A DNA stretch of 64,000 nucleotides from Bacteroidales bacterium (GCA_041393275.1 JAWKKL010000013.1:308-64307); one strand, 5' to 3'; counted from the stretch's first letter, positions 21,007 to 32,742 are shown. Made by a program: numbers and translations. Notes: a model not told the origin generated them from the letters alone.

Positions 21007-23074
21007 ATTTGATGATGATTTTTCGTGATAAAACTTTATTATCAATAGCAACCCTCAGAAAATAAACTCCATTTTGAATTTCATTATTTTGAATGGGTAT
21101 TATATATATTCCTTTGCCAAGATCTTTGTTTAATAGTTCCATGACCATTTGTCCATTCAGATCAATGAGATCAATTAAGAGATGCATGTTGCCTGGGATT
21201 TCGATTTTTACATTCGAATGATTACTAAATGGATTTGGATAAACTTCAAACTTAACTGAGAAATCACCTACAGGATCGTTTCCTGCAATGCCACCAGCAT
21301 TGTTCGTTTTCACAATCATGCCATCATGTCCGACCAAAAAACCAGTATTTTCATTGACAAAAGCTGAACTTGAAACTAGCGCATAGATTCCTGTTTCAGA
21401 GCTATTCCATGTATTTCCTCCATCAATAGAAGCCAATATTAAATTATTGTTTCCTGCAATAAAAGCAGAATTTTGATTAACAAAGTTTATTGTTATTAAC
21501 GTTTCATTTGTTCCTGAATTGATGTTTTCCCAGGTATTACCTCCATCGATTGTTTTGATGATTGTACCTTTACTGCCTGATACTAATCCCCTGTTTTCAT
21601 CGATGAATGATACTGAAAGCAGAGCTTCAGAGGTGCCACTAAATTGCTCGGTCCAGGTGGTACCACCATCTATTGATTTAAAAATCGTTCCTAATCCTCC
21701 AACGGCATATGCAACACTCTCTCCAACAAATTCCAAATCATATAACCCAACTGAAGTGCCTAATGGTATAATTTCACATGTGTTTCCGTCATCGGTAAAC
21801 TTAAGTAATGTCCCCGAAACACCGACAGCAAAAAAAGTGTATTCAGAACTACAAAATACACTCATTAATAAATTATTAGGACCGATTAATACAGGCGTCC
21901 ATTGTGATCCACCATCTATTGTTCTCAAAACTTTTCCATACCCTCCAACAGCACAACCAATGTTTTCGTTAAAAAAATGGATGGATTGAAAATCAATACC
22001 ATTACTTTCATTTATTAATTCCCAGTTGTCTCCTCCATTAGTGGTTTTAAGAACGGTTTCATTATTCCCGCATGCAAACCCAACTTCATCATCCACAAAA
22101 TAGATTGAAGCCAATAGGTTAGAAGTTACTGATTCGAAAGCGAATTCCCATGTTTCTCCACCATCTATTGTTTTTGAAAGCCGACCTCCATCGCCTGCCG
22201 TATAACCAACCAACCCATTTGTAAAAACAATGTCCTTAGCTCTTGAATCAATACTTACAGAATGATTCGACCAACTTACACCTGTATTTACTGTTTTGTA
22301 CCAGTAGCTTTTATTTGTAAGAATATAACCAATGTTGCTATCGATAAAGTAGATATCAAGTAAGTCAATATCATTTGGCAAATTTGAATATACTATCCAG
22401 TTATTACCCCCATTAGTAGTTTTGCGAATTTGATTTAAACCTCCGACTGCGAATCCAACATTTTCATCTAAAAATAGTATAGCATGTAAGTTATATATTG
22501 ACCACGTTTCGATCCAGTTTACACCCCCATCAACAGTTTTGAGAATGTACCCTGAACCACCTGCAAAACCCAACGTATCATTTATGAATTCTAACTCGCT
22601 TAACGTATAATTGTCTTCTGTTTCAATAACATTCCAAGTAACTCCACAATTCACTGTCTTTAGTAGAAGATTTTGATAACCACCAATAAAAGCGGTGGAA
22701 TCATTAATCACTGATATAGAATGAAAGTTTTTATCTGTTCCTAGTTCGATTTGATTCCAATGTATACCATAATCAATTGACCTTAGCAAAACACCTTCCC
22801 AACCTATCACCAAACCAATTGAATCGTTTATAAATTTAATTTCTGTCAAACTATTTGTTGTTATTTTATCAACAACATCCCAGGTCATACCAGCATCTTA
22901 AGTTCTTAAAATTGAACCATACTGGCCAATAGCACAACCAACCGAATCATTGACAAAGTCAATGGCATTTAGATGATATGACTGTGGAATTGGATTGACC
23001 CATTCCCAGGTTTGTGAATGGCTGCTCGAAAATAATAAAAGCAAAAGCACCATTAAAAAGTATGTATACTTCAT
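21005..23074 (-). CDS. YCF48/BNR-repeat beta-propeller protein with T9SS type A C-terminal domain; in-frame TAA at 22898-22900
   Basis: Many kTxDGGxTW Asp-box repeats; VYPNP...GVYFLRV CTD. The signal peptide MKYTYFLMVLLLLL from 23074 is in frame across one stop. Confidence 0.85.
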
Positions 23075-23123
23075 ATTACTTATCTATTAAATCAAAAGTT
23101 TGTCAGAATCAACTAAATGATAA

Positions 23124-24953
23124 TCATTTCAAAACAAACTTGCTGTAAAATGATTTGTCATCGTTTTCAATTCTGATAAAATAAATCCCTTTATCCAGCC
23201 ATTGTAAACTAATAATCTTTTTTTGTTCAGTTCCATTTACCAGAAATCTTTCCATGTATAAGCATTTCCCTTCCGGGGAATAAATACTTAACTCAACTTG
23301 ACCAATTAGCCTGTCCAGATTAAAAGCTATCGGACCTGCAGAAGGATTGGGATAAACACTTATTCGTTCGTGGCTGAAGTTTTTTTCAATATAGTTCTCA
23401 CAACTATCAAATTCAACAATAACATAATCATCTATCCAACAATCTGGAGCATAAACTACCCTAATATTGACTATTTGTGACTCAAATACAGTATATGTTA
23501 TATCCCCCGGAACCGTGTCACCATTCCAGTAATATTGGGTAAAAGGATCACCGTTAAAACAAGTGGCATCAAGCATAACAGTGTCGCCCAGACAAGCTTC
23601 CATAGTTGCTCCCCCAAATCCGTAATAAAAATTTGTATCATTTTCAAATATCCAACCGGGCGGAGGATCTTCCAATGGAAAATAATTGCTATTTGCTCCT
23701 GCATAAAAATTAAGATTTTCACTTTCAGCAGCCACTGCCTGAATCATTAAAAAATCGCAGGAAACATCATGTTCGCCTTCATCCTTTTTTATAGTTGCCA
23801 AACCAGTGTATGGGCTGGAAGCTTGCAGCGTCATAGTTTCACATTGATTCCCTCTTACATAAAGTGAGTCAATTATTTCTTGTGTGCTACCGGTTTGAAA
23901 CGTAAAAAAACTACCTGTCAAATTATACGATGGTCCTAATATCAGCGTATCAAAAACATTACTATTCATAAAATGGACATTTCCGGATAACCTGGCATAA
24001 CCATAATGATGCATTCCTGGCAAACTAATATTCCCACTTGCTTCAAGCCTGACTATGTATCCAGCATTTATTTCCACGTGATTGATGCTGTTGTTCCCAA
24101 AAAGTGAACAATTTTCACCATTAATTGTAACAAAATTAGCGTGTATACTTTTCCCGGCCGAGCAACCTATCCCATTAAGGTAAATATGTCCAATAGCAGA
24201 GGTCATGCCATTTATAATCATGAAAATGCTTTGATTAGATTCTATATAAACGGATGAATAATCTGCATTCAATTCTAAATTTTCATTATCAATTAAACAA
24301 CAATAACCACTTGAATTAAATAGCCTCAATTCAGAATTTTCAATGTCTAATTTCCGTTGGTTTTGATTTTCTGAAAAAATGCCCCCGCAAATAATAACTT
24401 TTTCACTGGCAATCAGGCTTCCATTTTCTAAAAAAATGGAACCAAACGATTGGGATGCATAATTGTAGGCCATAATAATCGTGTCTAAAAGTGTCCATTC
24501 CCCACCTGCACCATCAAAGTGCAAATCATTCCTAAATTGAATTCCATGTGGATCAATAGTATTCCCGACTTGTTCAGACTGAAACATTATTTTTCCTGGA
24601 TAGCTGTAAATTAAATTTGGATGCGAACTCAGGGAACCATAAACCCACATTTGTGAGGTGGTATCATCACCGTACAATACCACCTGGAATGGCAGATTTT
24701 CCCATGTCATATTTTTAAGCGCAGGATGCACGATATCAATAAATACAGTATCATTTTCCCAAAGAAATGATTCTTCATTAAATATGACATTAATATTTGG
24801 ATGAGGCATTTCAACAGGAATTAGACCGTTTTCATCCCGCCAGCTATTCAAATCACTCCAGTTCCCCTGACCACCAACCCAATAATAATTTTCCTGTGCT
24901 GAAATTGGGTTGAATAAAAAAATTGAGAATACAATCGAAATGAAATATTTCAT
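23124..24953 (-). CDS. T9SS type A sorting domain-containing secreted protein
   Basis: Signal peptide, YYWVGGQGNWSD N-terminus, beta-rich body, VYPNP...GIYFIRI...KFVLK CTD. Confidence 0.85.
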   Translation of the reverse strand: MKYFISIVFSIFLFNPISAQENYYWVGGQGNWSDLNSWRDENGLIPVEMPHPNINVIFNEESFLWENDTVFIDIVHPALKNMTWENLPFQVVLYGDDTTSQMWVYGSLSSHPNLIYSYPGKIMFQSEQVGNTIDPHGIQFRNDLHFDGAGGEWTLLDTIIMAYNYASQSFGSIFLENGSLIASEKVIICGGIFSENQNQRKLDIENSELRLFNSSGYCCLIDNENLELNADYSSVYIESNQSIFMIINGMTSAIGHIYLNGIGCSAGKSIHANFVTINGENCSLFGNNSINHVEINAGYIVRLEASGNISLPGMHHYGYARLSGNVHFMNSNVFDTLILGPSYNLTGSFFTFQTGSTQEIIDSLYVRGNQCETMTLQASSPYTGLATIKKDEGEHDVSCDFLMIQAVAAESENLNFYAGANSNYFPLEDPPPGWIFENDTNFYYGFGGATMEACLGDTVMLDATCFNGDPFTQYYWNGDTVPGDITYTVFESQIVNIRVVYAPDCWIDDYVIVEFDSCENYIEKNFSHERISVYPNPSAGPIAFNLDRLIGQVELSIYSPEGKCLYMERFLVNGTEQKKIISLQWLDKGIYFIRIENDDKSFYSKFVLK

Positions 24954-25153
24954 AATTAAAGGTTTAAACGATTTGGTAGTAAAGGTATTAAAATCCTTGG
25001 AAAATAGAAAATGTAGAAAAGCTCATTTATTTAAACAGCATGTAATTTTTCCATCGAAAAAATGCAAAAGGCCGACAAAGATTTGATCATTATTGTATAT
25101 TAATGAACCTATTTGTTAAAAATTTGTTAAATAATCTATCATAAACAAACATT

Positions 25154-25175
25154 ATTTAGAATACATCTAAATTTG
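25154..25175 (+). promoter_or_regulatory. Perfect 7-5-7 palindrome overlapping the -7 element of the cox operon promoter
   Basis: ATTTAGA-ATACA-TCTAAAT (25154-72) overlaps TAAATTTG (25168-75). Confidence 0.65.
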
Positions 25176-25223
25176 CAAACCTTTTCGAAAATGAGTTCAA
25201 AAAACAAAAATGAGGTTAAACTT

Positions 25224-26021
25224 ATGAATAACAAAAGTAGATTGCGGTATGTAACTGCTTTCCTTTTTATCATATCCATTTATTTCACGGTTTATGCTGA
25301 ATCAGATCCTCCTGAACTTGGCATCTACGAGCACCTTGATGAATACCTGCCGGAAAATATACAACTGGTGGATGAAAATTACAATACCGTCAACTTAAAA
25401 CAAAAAATTGATAAGCCAACCGTTATTGCCCTGGTTTATTATGAATGCCCCGGCATTTGCAGTCCACTGCTCGAAGGTGTTGCTGATGTGATCACCAAAG
25501 CGAAAATTGACCTTGGAACAGAATACCAGGTTTTTACCATCAGTTTCGACCCCGATGAAAAACCCAAACTCGCCAAAGACAAAAAATCAAATTATGCCAA
25601 ACTGGTGAAAGGAAAAGATGTGGAAAACGGCTGGACCTGGTTTACAGGCGACAGTGCCAACATCACAAAATTATTGAATGGATTAGGGTATAAAGTAAAA
25701 AAAGAGGGCCAGGAGTATATTCACCCTGCAGCTATTATGGTGGTAAGCCCGGATTCAAAAATCACCCGCTATCTTCATGGAACATATTTTCTTCCGTTCG
25801 ACTTGAAAATGGCCGTGATTGAGGCATCCGAAGGAAAATCCGGACCAACCATTAACAAAGTATTAAAATACTGTTTCTCATATGATCCCGAAGGACAAAA
25901 GTATGTTATGAACTTCACAAAAGTTTCCGGATCGATTATCATATTCCTTGCCCTTTCGTTGTTTGTGGGGCTGTTAATTAGTAGTAAAAGTAGAAAAAGA
26001 AAATCTTTAAAAGCAAATTAG
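25224..26021 (+). CDS. SCO1/SenC copper chaperone
   Basis: CPGIC (CxxxC), YIHPA and LKYCFSYDP; first gene of the cox operon. Start is 25191 or 25224. Confidence 0.9.
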   Translation: MNNKSRLRYVTAFLFIISIYFTVYAESDPPELGIYEHLDEYLPENIQLVDENYNTVNLKQKIDKPTVIALVYYECPGICSPLLEGVADVITKAKIDLGTEYQVFTISFDPDEKPKLAKDKKSNYAKLVKGKDVENGWTWFTGDSANITKLLNGLGYKVKKEGQEYIHPAAIMVVSPDSKITRYLHGTYFLPFDLKMAVIEASEGKSGPTINKVLKYCFSYDPEGQKYVMNFTKVSGSIIIFLALSLFVGLLISSKSRKRKSLKAN

Positions 26022-26022
26022 T

Positions 26023-27624
26023 ATGTCGACAGCTATTACGAAACCCGTGAGTTTTTTCGATGAGAAGAAGGGCTTGAAATCCTGGATTTTTTCCACGGAC
26101 CACAAACGGATCGGATTATTGTATTTTTATTCCATCTTTTCCTTTTTTCTGGTAGGGGTTTTATTGGGTTTATTGATGCGCTTAGAGCTAATTGCCCCCG
26201 GTGAAACCTTAATGGGTCCCAAAACCTATAATCAGGTGTTTACACTCCACGGGGTTATTATGATTTTTTTATTCTTGATCCCCAGTGTTCCGGCATTTTT
26301 CGGAAACTTTTTCCTGCCCATTATGATTGGAACCGATGATGTTGCTTTCCCTAAAATTAACCTCCTTTCCTGGTGGTTATATGTTTTAGGAGGAATTTTT
26401 GCTTTATTAACACTTGTGGTTGGTGAAGGGCCTGCTGATACAGGTTGGACATTTTATGCCCCCTACAGTGTTCGTACAGGAACCAATGTTTCGCTTGCTG
26501 TTTTTGCAGCATTTATATTGGGGTTTTCATCCATCTTAACAGGTTTAAACTTTATTGTGACGATTCACCGCCTTCGCAGCCCGAAAATGGGTTGGTTTCA
26601 AATGCCTTTGTTCCCTTGGGCATTATATGCCACAGCCTGGATTCAGGTTTTAGCCACACCAATTATTGGAATTACCCTATTGATGATCATTGCGGAAAGA
26701 GCATTTGGACTTGGCTTATTCGATCCGGCACTTGGCGGCGACCCTATATTATATCAACATTTGTTCTGGATTTATTCCCATCCGGCAGTTTATATCATGG
26801 TTCTTCCAGCTATGGGTTTAATCTCAGAAATTATCCCAACCTTTGCTAAAAGGACTATTTTTGGATACAAGGCTATCGCATACTCAAGTTTGGCTATCGC
26901 CTTTATTGGTTATTTTGTCTGGGGACATCATATGTTTACTTCCGGAATGAGCGGGCCGGCCAGGGTTATCTTTTCCGTTCTAACATTTCTGGTTGCTGTT
27001 CCTTCTGCCATCAAAGTATTTAACTGGGTAGCTACTTTATACAAAGGCTCTATTTTGGTAAAGACACCTTTACTATTCGCCATGGCGTTTATTTTCCAGT
27101 TTTTAATCGGAGGTTTAACCGGCCTGGTAATTGGCGCATTGTCCACGGATATTCATCTTCATGATACGTATTTTGTTGTTGGCCATTTTCATTATGTAAT
27201 GTTTGGAGGTGCTGGGTTTGCTTTTTTTGGTGCCATGCATTATTGGTACGGAAAAATTTGGGGGAAACAATACAATGAAAAAGTGGCTCAGATAGCTTTC
27301 TCTTTTTTATTTATTGGTTTTAACATATTATACTTTCCAATGCTAATATTAGGCATGATGGGAATGCCCAGAAGATATTATGATTACCTTCCTGAATTTA
27401 CAACACTAAATGCAACCTCAACGGTGGGTTCATGGATTTTAGCCACAGGGTTAATCATCATGATATACAATCTGATCCGGTCAAAGAAAAAGGGAGCACC
27501 CGCTGAAAAAGATCCCTGGGGAGGAACGACACTGGAATGGCAAACAGCTTCTCCGCCATCACTGCATAATTTTGACGCGGAACCAATAATTTCTGAAGAA
27601 GGGCCTTATTTCCATAAAGAATAA
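26023..27624 (+). CDS. ctaD: Cytochrome c oxidase subunit I (heme-copper oxidase, type A2)
   Basis: [42 protein letters not shown] and GMPRRY motifs. Confidence 0.97.
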   Translation: MSTAITKPVSFFDEKKGLKSWIFSTDHKRIGLLYFYSIFSFFLVGVLLGLLMRLELIAPGETLMGPKTYNQVFTLHGVIMIFLFLIPSVPAFFGNFFLPIMIGTDDVAFPKINLLSWWLYVLGGIFALLTLVVGEGPADTGWTFYAPYSVRTGTNVSLAVFAAFILGFSSILTGLNFIVTIHRLRSPKMGWFQMPLFPWALYATAWIQVLATPIIGITLLMIIAERAFGLGLFDPALGGDPILYQHLFWIYSHPAVYIMVLPAMGLISEIIPTFAKRTIFGYKAIAYSSLAIAFIGYFVWGHHMFTSGMSGPARVIFSVLTFLVAVPSAIKVFNWVATLYKGSILVKTPLLFAMAFIFQFLIGGLTGLVIGALSTDIHLHDTYFVVGHFHYVMFGGAGFAFFGAMHYWYGKIWGKQYNEKVAQIAFSFLFIGFNILYFPMLILGMMGMPRRYYDYLPEFTTLNATSTVGSWILATGLIIMIYNLIRSKKKGAPAEKDPWGGTTLEWQTASPPSLHNFDAEPIISEEGPYFHKE

Positions 27625-27668
27625 TGAGTTAAATACTAATTCGAAACTAAAAAAACAATTGAACTGAT

Positions 27669-28288
27669 ATGGCAAACTTTGTTATGGTAAACTCCGGACA
27701 CAACCGGGATGATGAAGCTTCAAAACTGGGAATGTGGTTATTCCTGTTTACTGAACTTCTATTGTTTGGCGGTTTATTCCTTGTATATACAATTTACCGG
27801 TACCTTAATGCAGATGCTTTTTTACACGCATCTTATGAATTAAATGTAATAATGGGCACCGTAAATACAGTAGTTCTGCTTACCAGTAGTTTAACGGTGG
27901 CCATGTCGATCACCGCTATCCAAAAGGGGGAAACTAAAACTGCACTCACTCTGATTTGGGCAACCATTGCTTTTGCCGGTGTGTTTCTTATCATTAAGTA
28001 TTTTGAGTGGACTGCAAAATTTGAACACGGCTTATTCCCGGGAATGGATCATTTTAATCACCTTGAGCCGGGCGAAAATTATTCTTTTTTTTATATTTTT
28101 TCATGACAGGATTACATGGATTTCATGTGATTGTGGGAGGAATTTTTCTGGGATTTGTAATACGGGCAGTTAGAAAAGGTACAGTAAACAAAGGAAGATT
28201 TGTCCTTCTTGAAAACGGAGCACTTTATTGGCATCTTGTTGACGTCATCTGGATTTTCTTGTTCCCTTTATTCTACCTGATTCATTAA
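27669..28288 (+). CDS. ctaE: Cytochrome c oxidase subunit III, frameshift in the T-rich tract near 28080-28100
   Basis: GMWLFLFTELLLFGGLF and NTVVLLTSS; second piece MTGLHGFHV...LYWHLVDVIWIFLFPL. Confidence 0.92.
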
Positions 28289-28322
28289 TTATAAAAATAA
28301 ATTCGAACATCGAACATATATT

Positions 28323-28646
28323 ATGGCAAATCAAAACGAAAGCAGACATTTACCCGGCGACCCAAAAGAGCATCATGTTGTATCCTATAAATTTAATATA
28401 GGTATTTGGGTTGGATTAATTATTCTAACCGTAATGACAGTATTGGTATCCGTAATGGGTATCAACCTTGTGGCATTTTCAGTTTTAACGGCTATGGTGA
28501 TTGCCTCGGCCAAGGCGCTTGTTGTCGCTAATTATTTTATGCATTTAAAGTGGGACAATAAATTACTGAAATTATTATTTGGCGTTACCATGCTGTTGTT
28601 TGCGGTATTTATTTTTCTCACTATTATTGATTATTTAACAAGATAA
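28323..28646 (+). CDS. ctaF: Cytochrome c oxidase subunit IV
   Basis: Three TM helices and the KALVVANYFMHLKW motif. Confidence 0.88.
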   Translation: MANQNESRHLPGDPKEHHVVSYKFNIGIWVGLIILTVMTVLVSVMGINLVAFSVLTAMVIASAKALVVANYFMHLKWDNKLLKLLFGVTMLLFAVFIFLTIIDYLTR

Positions 28647-28658
28647 AAACTGAGGTAT

Positions 28659-29564
28659 ATGTTTACGAATGCGTCAAATTTTGTAGAAGGTGATGACCTT
28701 ACATTTGCCATAATCCTGGGAGCTTCGGTTTTCTTCCTGGTAACCATTACGGCTGTTATGATTTGGTTTGTGATAAAATACAATAGAAAGCGACACCCGA
28801 AAGCTAAGAACATCCACGAAAACCAAAAACTTGAAATCATATGGACTGTTATACCCACCATTTTGGTGTTGATCATGTTTTATTATGGCTGGGCCGGCTA
28901 TAAACCGATGCGTGATTTTCCGGATGATGCCATTCAAATAAAAGCCATCGGCCAGATGTGGGCCTGGAATTTCGAATATGAAAACGGAAAGACATCAGAT
29001 ACCCTCGTTATTCCGAAAGATAAAGCCGTGGTGCTGAACCTTGAATCAAGGGATGTCCTTCATAGCCTTTATATTCCGGCTTTCAGGGTGAAAGAAGATG
29101 TGATTCCGGGGATAAAAAACAGAATGTGGTTTATCGGACAGGAATTGGGAAACTATAACATTTTATGCGCCGAATACTGCGGCGACCGCCATTCTTATAT
29201 GTTGAGCAAAGTATATGTTGTACCTGAAGATGAATACACGACCTGGTTTAATGATAAATCAACAAATGAACACCCGGGGCTACAAGTTCTCAAAAAGAAT
29301 GCTTGTGTTAGTTGCCACTCACTTGATGGCAGTAAAATAATAGGACCTTCCTTTAAGGGTGTTTGGGGAACAAAAGAGATAGTTGTTACCAATGGCACCG
29401 AACGTGAAATCACGATTAATGAAGAATACATTAAAACATCCATTTATGATCCGAATGCAGATGTAGTAAAAGGATACAACCAGGGATTGATGATATCCTA
29501 TAAAGACCTGGTAAGCGAGGAAGAAATAAAAGATATAATTGAATACATGAAAACGTTAAAATAA
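28659..29564 (+). CDS. ctaC: Cytochrome c oxidase subunit II with fused C-terminal cytochrome c
   Basis: LEIIWTVIP, DVLHS, CuA motif CAEYCGDRHSYM and heme motif CVSCH. Confidence 0.95.
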   Translation: MFTNASNFVEGDDLTFAIILGASVFFLVTITAVMIWFVIKYNRKRHPKAKNIHENQKLEIIWTVIPTILVLIMFYYGWAGYKPMRDFPDDAIQIKAIGQMWAWNFEYENGKTSDTLVIPKDKAVVLNLESRDVLHSLYIPAFRVKEDVIPGIKNRMWFIGQELGNYNILCAEYCGDRHSYMLSKVYVVPEDEYTTWFNDKSTNEHPGLQVLKKNACVSCHSLDGSKIIGPSFKGVWGTKEIVVTNGTEREITINEEYIKTSIYDPNADVVKGYNQGLMISYKDLVSEEEIKDIIEYMKTLK

Positions 29565-29597
29565 TTTGAAACTGCCAAAAAAATACCGGGAAATAAA

Positions 29598-30461
29598 TTG
29601 AAAAAGACATTCTTACATACAATTCTTGAATTAAGCAAAGTACGTATCACCTTTGCTGTTTCGCTTACGACCATTACCGGATATGTGTTGGCAAATGGCC
29701 GTTTCGATTCAGGTTTAATTTTACCCACTATTGGCATTTTTCTTTTAGCCTGTGGATCTTCTGCCCTAAATCATTTCCAGGAAAAAGATAAAGATGCTCA
29801 AATGGAGCGGACTCAGGATCGCCCCATCCCCTCAGGAAGAATATCAGCCAATGGTGCATTATTGGTTGCTTTACTATTGTCTGTTAGTGGTTCACTTCTG
29901 ATATTTTATGGTTCAGGGATGCTTGCACTGCAACTGGCTTTACTTGCATTAATTTGGTACAATGCAATTTATACACCTTTGAAAAAGAAAACAGCCTTCG
30001 CTGTTGTTCCTGGATCTGTTATTGGAGCCCTTCCACCCATGGTAGGTTGGGTTGCCGGAGGCGGTAGTTTAGTTGATCCTAGAGCACTCATCATCGCTTT
30101 CTTTTTCTTTATCTGGCAGGTACCCCATTTTTGGTTGCTGATGTTAAAATATGGCAAAGAATATGAAAAAGCCGGTTTCCCATCACTCACAAGTATTTAC
30201 AGCGACAAACAAATTAGGTTCACCACCTTTATCTGGACTATGGCCACCGGAGTAACTGCCCTTATGTTACCCGTTTTTGGTATTGTAAATTCAATCGGGT
30301 TCTCCTTCGCTGTTTTGGCTGTTACGGGATGGCTGGTTTTCCAATTTGTCCATTTATTAAAAGTAAACGACGAAAGTTTTAATCCCGGTTTTTATTTCAT
30401 GAAGATCAATTATTTTGTACTCTTTATGATCATTTTCCTCTCTGTTGATTCCATATTATAA
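29598..30461 (+). CDS. ctaB: Protoheme IX farnesyltransferase (heme O synthase)
   Basis: DAQMERTQDRPIPSG, YTPLKK, GALPPMVGW and WQVPHFW motifs. Confidence 0.95.
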   Translation: MKKTFLHTILELSKVRITFAVSLTTITGYVLANGRFDSGLILPTIGIFLLACGSSALNHFQEKDKDAQMERTQDRPIPSGRISANGALLVALLLSVSGSLLIFYGSGMLALQLALLALIWYNAIYTPLKKKTAFAVVPGSVIGALPPMVGWVAGGGSLVDPRALIIAFFFFIWQVPHFWLLMLKYGKEYEKAGFPSLTSIYSDKQIRFTTFIWTMATGVTALMLPVFGIVNSIGFSFAVLAVTGWLVFQFVHLLKVNDESFNPGFYFMKINYFVLFMIIFLSVDSIL

Positions 30462-30645
30462 TCTCCAACTCATTTTTTAAAATAATAATCTTACCGGAAA
30501 AACAATCGCACATATCCTGTGCTAAGGCTTACCTTCAATTCATTCAATCCTAAAATTATTTTATAAATTTCCGTATCCAAAAAGTTACTATCTGATTTTT
30601 CTACGTCTCAAATAGACAAAACATGGTTGGGAAATTATAAATTAA

Positions 30646-31419
30646 ATGACTGGTCATAAGTTCGCATACCTGTTTATCTTCATCCTAATAATTACCACAA
30701 ATAAGGAGGCAACTTCCCAGGAATGGGGCGGCGAAAAGAAAAACAGTATTTGGCGGGGCGTCTCAATCAATACAAATGTTGGGGCATTGTCGTACTTTGG
30801 TGATGTAAGCAAGTTCGATAAAAAACCCATTAATAAGTTGAAATATGAAAGTGGCCCGGCATTTAGCATTTTTGTTACAAAAAATTTTCAAAACAAATTT
30901 GGTATATCCGCACAATTGCTTCATGGAAAATTTAATGGGGGTTTCAGAAATTATACCTTCAAAACCCAGCTCCTGGAATTTAACCTGAATATCAGAACTG
31001 AATTGCTTTCAATAATTTTACATAATAAGAAATTCAATATTGGCATTAGTCCTTATATGGGTTTTGGGCAGTTTTATTTTAAAACACTAACGACCAAGTA
31101 TAATAACGAGGCACTGGTTTCAAATAGCTATAATACAGGAATACCCGAATTTGTTTTTTTTATAGGTGGTGAATTATCGTACAAATTACCCAAAAATATT
31201 GCATTAACTGGCGATTTTTCGGTACGACAATGCCAAAGTGATAAACTTGATAATTACATTCAGGATAAAAGTTTTGACTTCTACTCCTATTTAAGCATGG
31301 GCATTTCCTACCGGATTAGCAACATTGCGTTAGAACCCATGAAAAATAAAGCCAGGCTGGCACACAACGAACCTTATCACTCTAAAAGAAAATACCAAAA
31401 GGCCTGTCGAAGAGTTTGA
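30646..31419 (+). CDS. Putative outer-membrane beta-barrel protein
   Basis: Signal peptide, SYFGD motif, alternating aromatic strands, SDKLD...YSYLSMGISY. Confidence 0.65.
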   Translation: MTGHKFAYLFIFILIITTNKEATSQEWGGEKKNSIWRGVSINTNVGALSYFGDVSKFDKKPINKLKYESGPAFSIFVTKNFQNKFGISAQLLHGKFNGGFRNYTFKTQLLEFNLNIRTELLSIILHNKKFNIGISPYMGFGQFYFKTLTTKYNNEALVSNSYNTGIPEFVFFIGGELSYKLPKNIALTGDFSVRQCQSDKLDNYIQDKSFDFYSYLSMGISYRISNIALEPMKNKARLAHNEPYHSKRKYQKACRRV

Positions 31420-31519
31420 TGTCCTTTTTCTAATATTTATTAAGGCACGGACAAAATTATCTACTTCCCAACTTTTTACTTTTTCGTACCTTCATCGTAT
31501 CATTCATATAAAAACCGTA

Positions 31520-32095
31520 TTGCTGATGCAATTGGATATTGAAAAATCAATCCTACAAATTCAAAAGGGCGACAGCACAGCCTTTAAAACCCTGGTGGAA
31601 GAATATCAGCAATACGCGTTTAAACTGGCGTTCAGAATTGTGTGTAATGAAGATGATGCAATGGATGTGGTGCAGGAAAGTTTTATAAAAATATGGAAGA
31701 AAATAAATACATATAAACCAGAAATTAAATTTACAACCTGGATGTATAAAATAATTTCAAATACGGCCATTGACAAATTGAGATCGATAAAACGAAACAA
31801 TCATATAAACATTGACGATGTCAGTCTTTTGTGTGATCGAATGAGCAACGAACATCCCGACGTTCAAGTCGATAATATAGAAACCGGCCAACTCATAAGA
31901 ACCATCTCCGAATCGCTGCCTGAAAAACAAAAACTGGTTTTTATACTAAAGGATTTACAAGGAATGGATTCAAATGAAGTTGAAAATATCTTGAACATGA
32001 ATGAAACTTCAGTAAAAAGTAATCTTTACCATGCCAGGAAAGGGATCCGGGAGAAACTAAATAAATTATTATCCTACGAAAGGAGGTTTTCATGA
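31520..32095 (+). CDS. ECF RNA polymerase sigma factor
   Basis: DVVQESFIKIW, FTTWMYKI, LPEKQKLVF and SVKSNLYHAR motifs. Confidence 0.92.
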   Translation: MLMQLDIEKSILQIQKGDSTAFKTLVEEYQQYAFKLAFRIVCNEDDAMDVVQESFIKIWKKINTYKPEIKFTTWMYKIISNTAIDKLRSIKRNNHINIDDVSLLCDRMSNEHPDVQVDNIETGQLIRTISESLPEKQKLVFILKDLQGMDSNEVENILNMNETSVKSNLYHARKGIREKLNKLLSYERRFS

Positions 32096-32742
32096 AATGT
32101 AAACAAATAAAAGAAAAAATCGACAGCCTGGTTTTTGAGTCAAACGATCAAAGTAATCTTGAAGTGATCGTTCACATTGAAAACTGTGATTCATGCAAAA
32201 AGTATTACGAAGAAAGTCTTCTTTCAAAAAAAGTGATCAGTAGTTTACGAAACCAGGAATACACGCTAAAATACCCTGAAATAATTACAGATAACATTCT
32301 TGACAGAATTGAAAATCTTGATATAACTGATTCGTCTACAAAAAGATCATTTACTTCGAAACTGATTAAAATTGAAACAATTCAACGACTCCTGGCTGCC
32401 GCATCAGTTTTACTTCTTGTGGTTTTCGGATATGAACAGTTTATAGTCATAGATAAAATTTTATCCCTGGAAGAACAAATGTCTACTTCAAGCAATGAAC
32501 CTGCGCACTTTAAAAATTATAATGAGGTAATTGCCTTCTATCCAAAACAGGTAACCGAAAACTTAATTTCAACGATCAAAGACAGGCTTAGTAAGAAAAA
32601 AAATAGCAAATTTAGATCCATGATATTGTTGGCCCGCTTAAGTAAAATGGATCTCACGCAACAAAAACAATTTCTCCCAAAACAATCGAATGAAAAAGAT
32701 AATAATTCAACATCATTAACCAAAAAAAGAAAAGAGAGATGA
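32092..32742 (+). CDS. Zinc-binding (ZAS) anti-sigma factor
   Basis: MKC...HIENCDSC (HxxxCxxC), one TM helix, ATGA overlap with the sigma gene. Confidence 0.8.
   Translation: MKCKQIKEKIDSLVFESNDQSNLEVIVHIENCDSCKKYYEESLLSKKVISSLRNQEYTLKYPEIITDNILDRIENLDITDSSTKRSFTSKLIKIETIQRLLAAASVLLLVVFGYEQFIVIDKILSLEEQMSTSSNEPAHFKNYNEVIAFYPKQVTENLISTIKDRLSKKKNSKFRSMILLARLSKMDLTQQKQFLPKQSNEKDNNSTSLTKKRKER

Noticed and set aside
21005..22888. Periodic CCATC/CCTCC DNA repeats resembling an array
   Set aside because: They encode Asp-box protein repeats. There are no identical repeats with unique spacers and no cas genes.
28075..28102. Programmed frameshift or phase variation in ctaE and other split genes
   Set aside because: Single-base homopolymer indels scattered across unrelated genes fit sequencing error better, and no stimulatory structure was seen.
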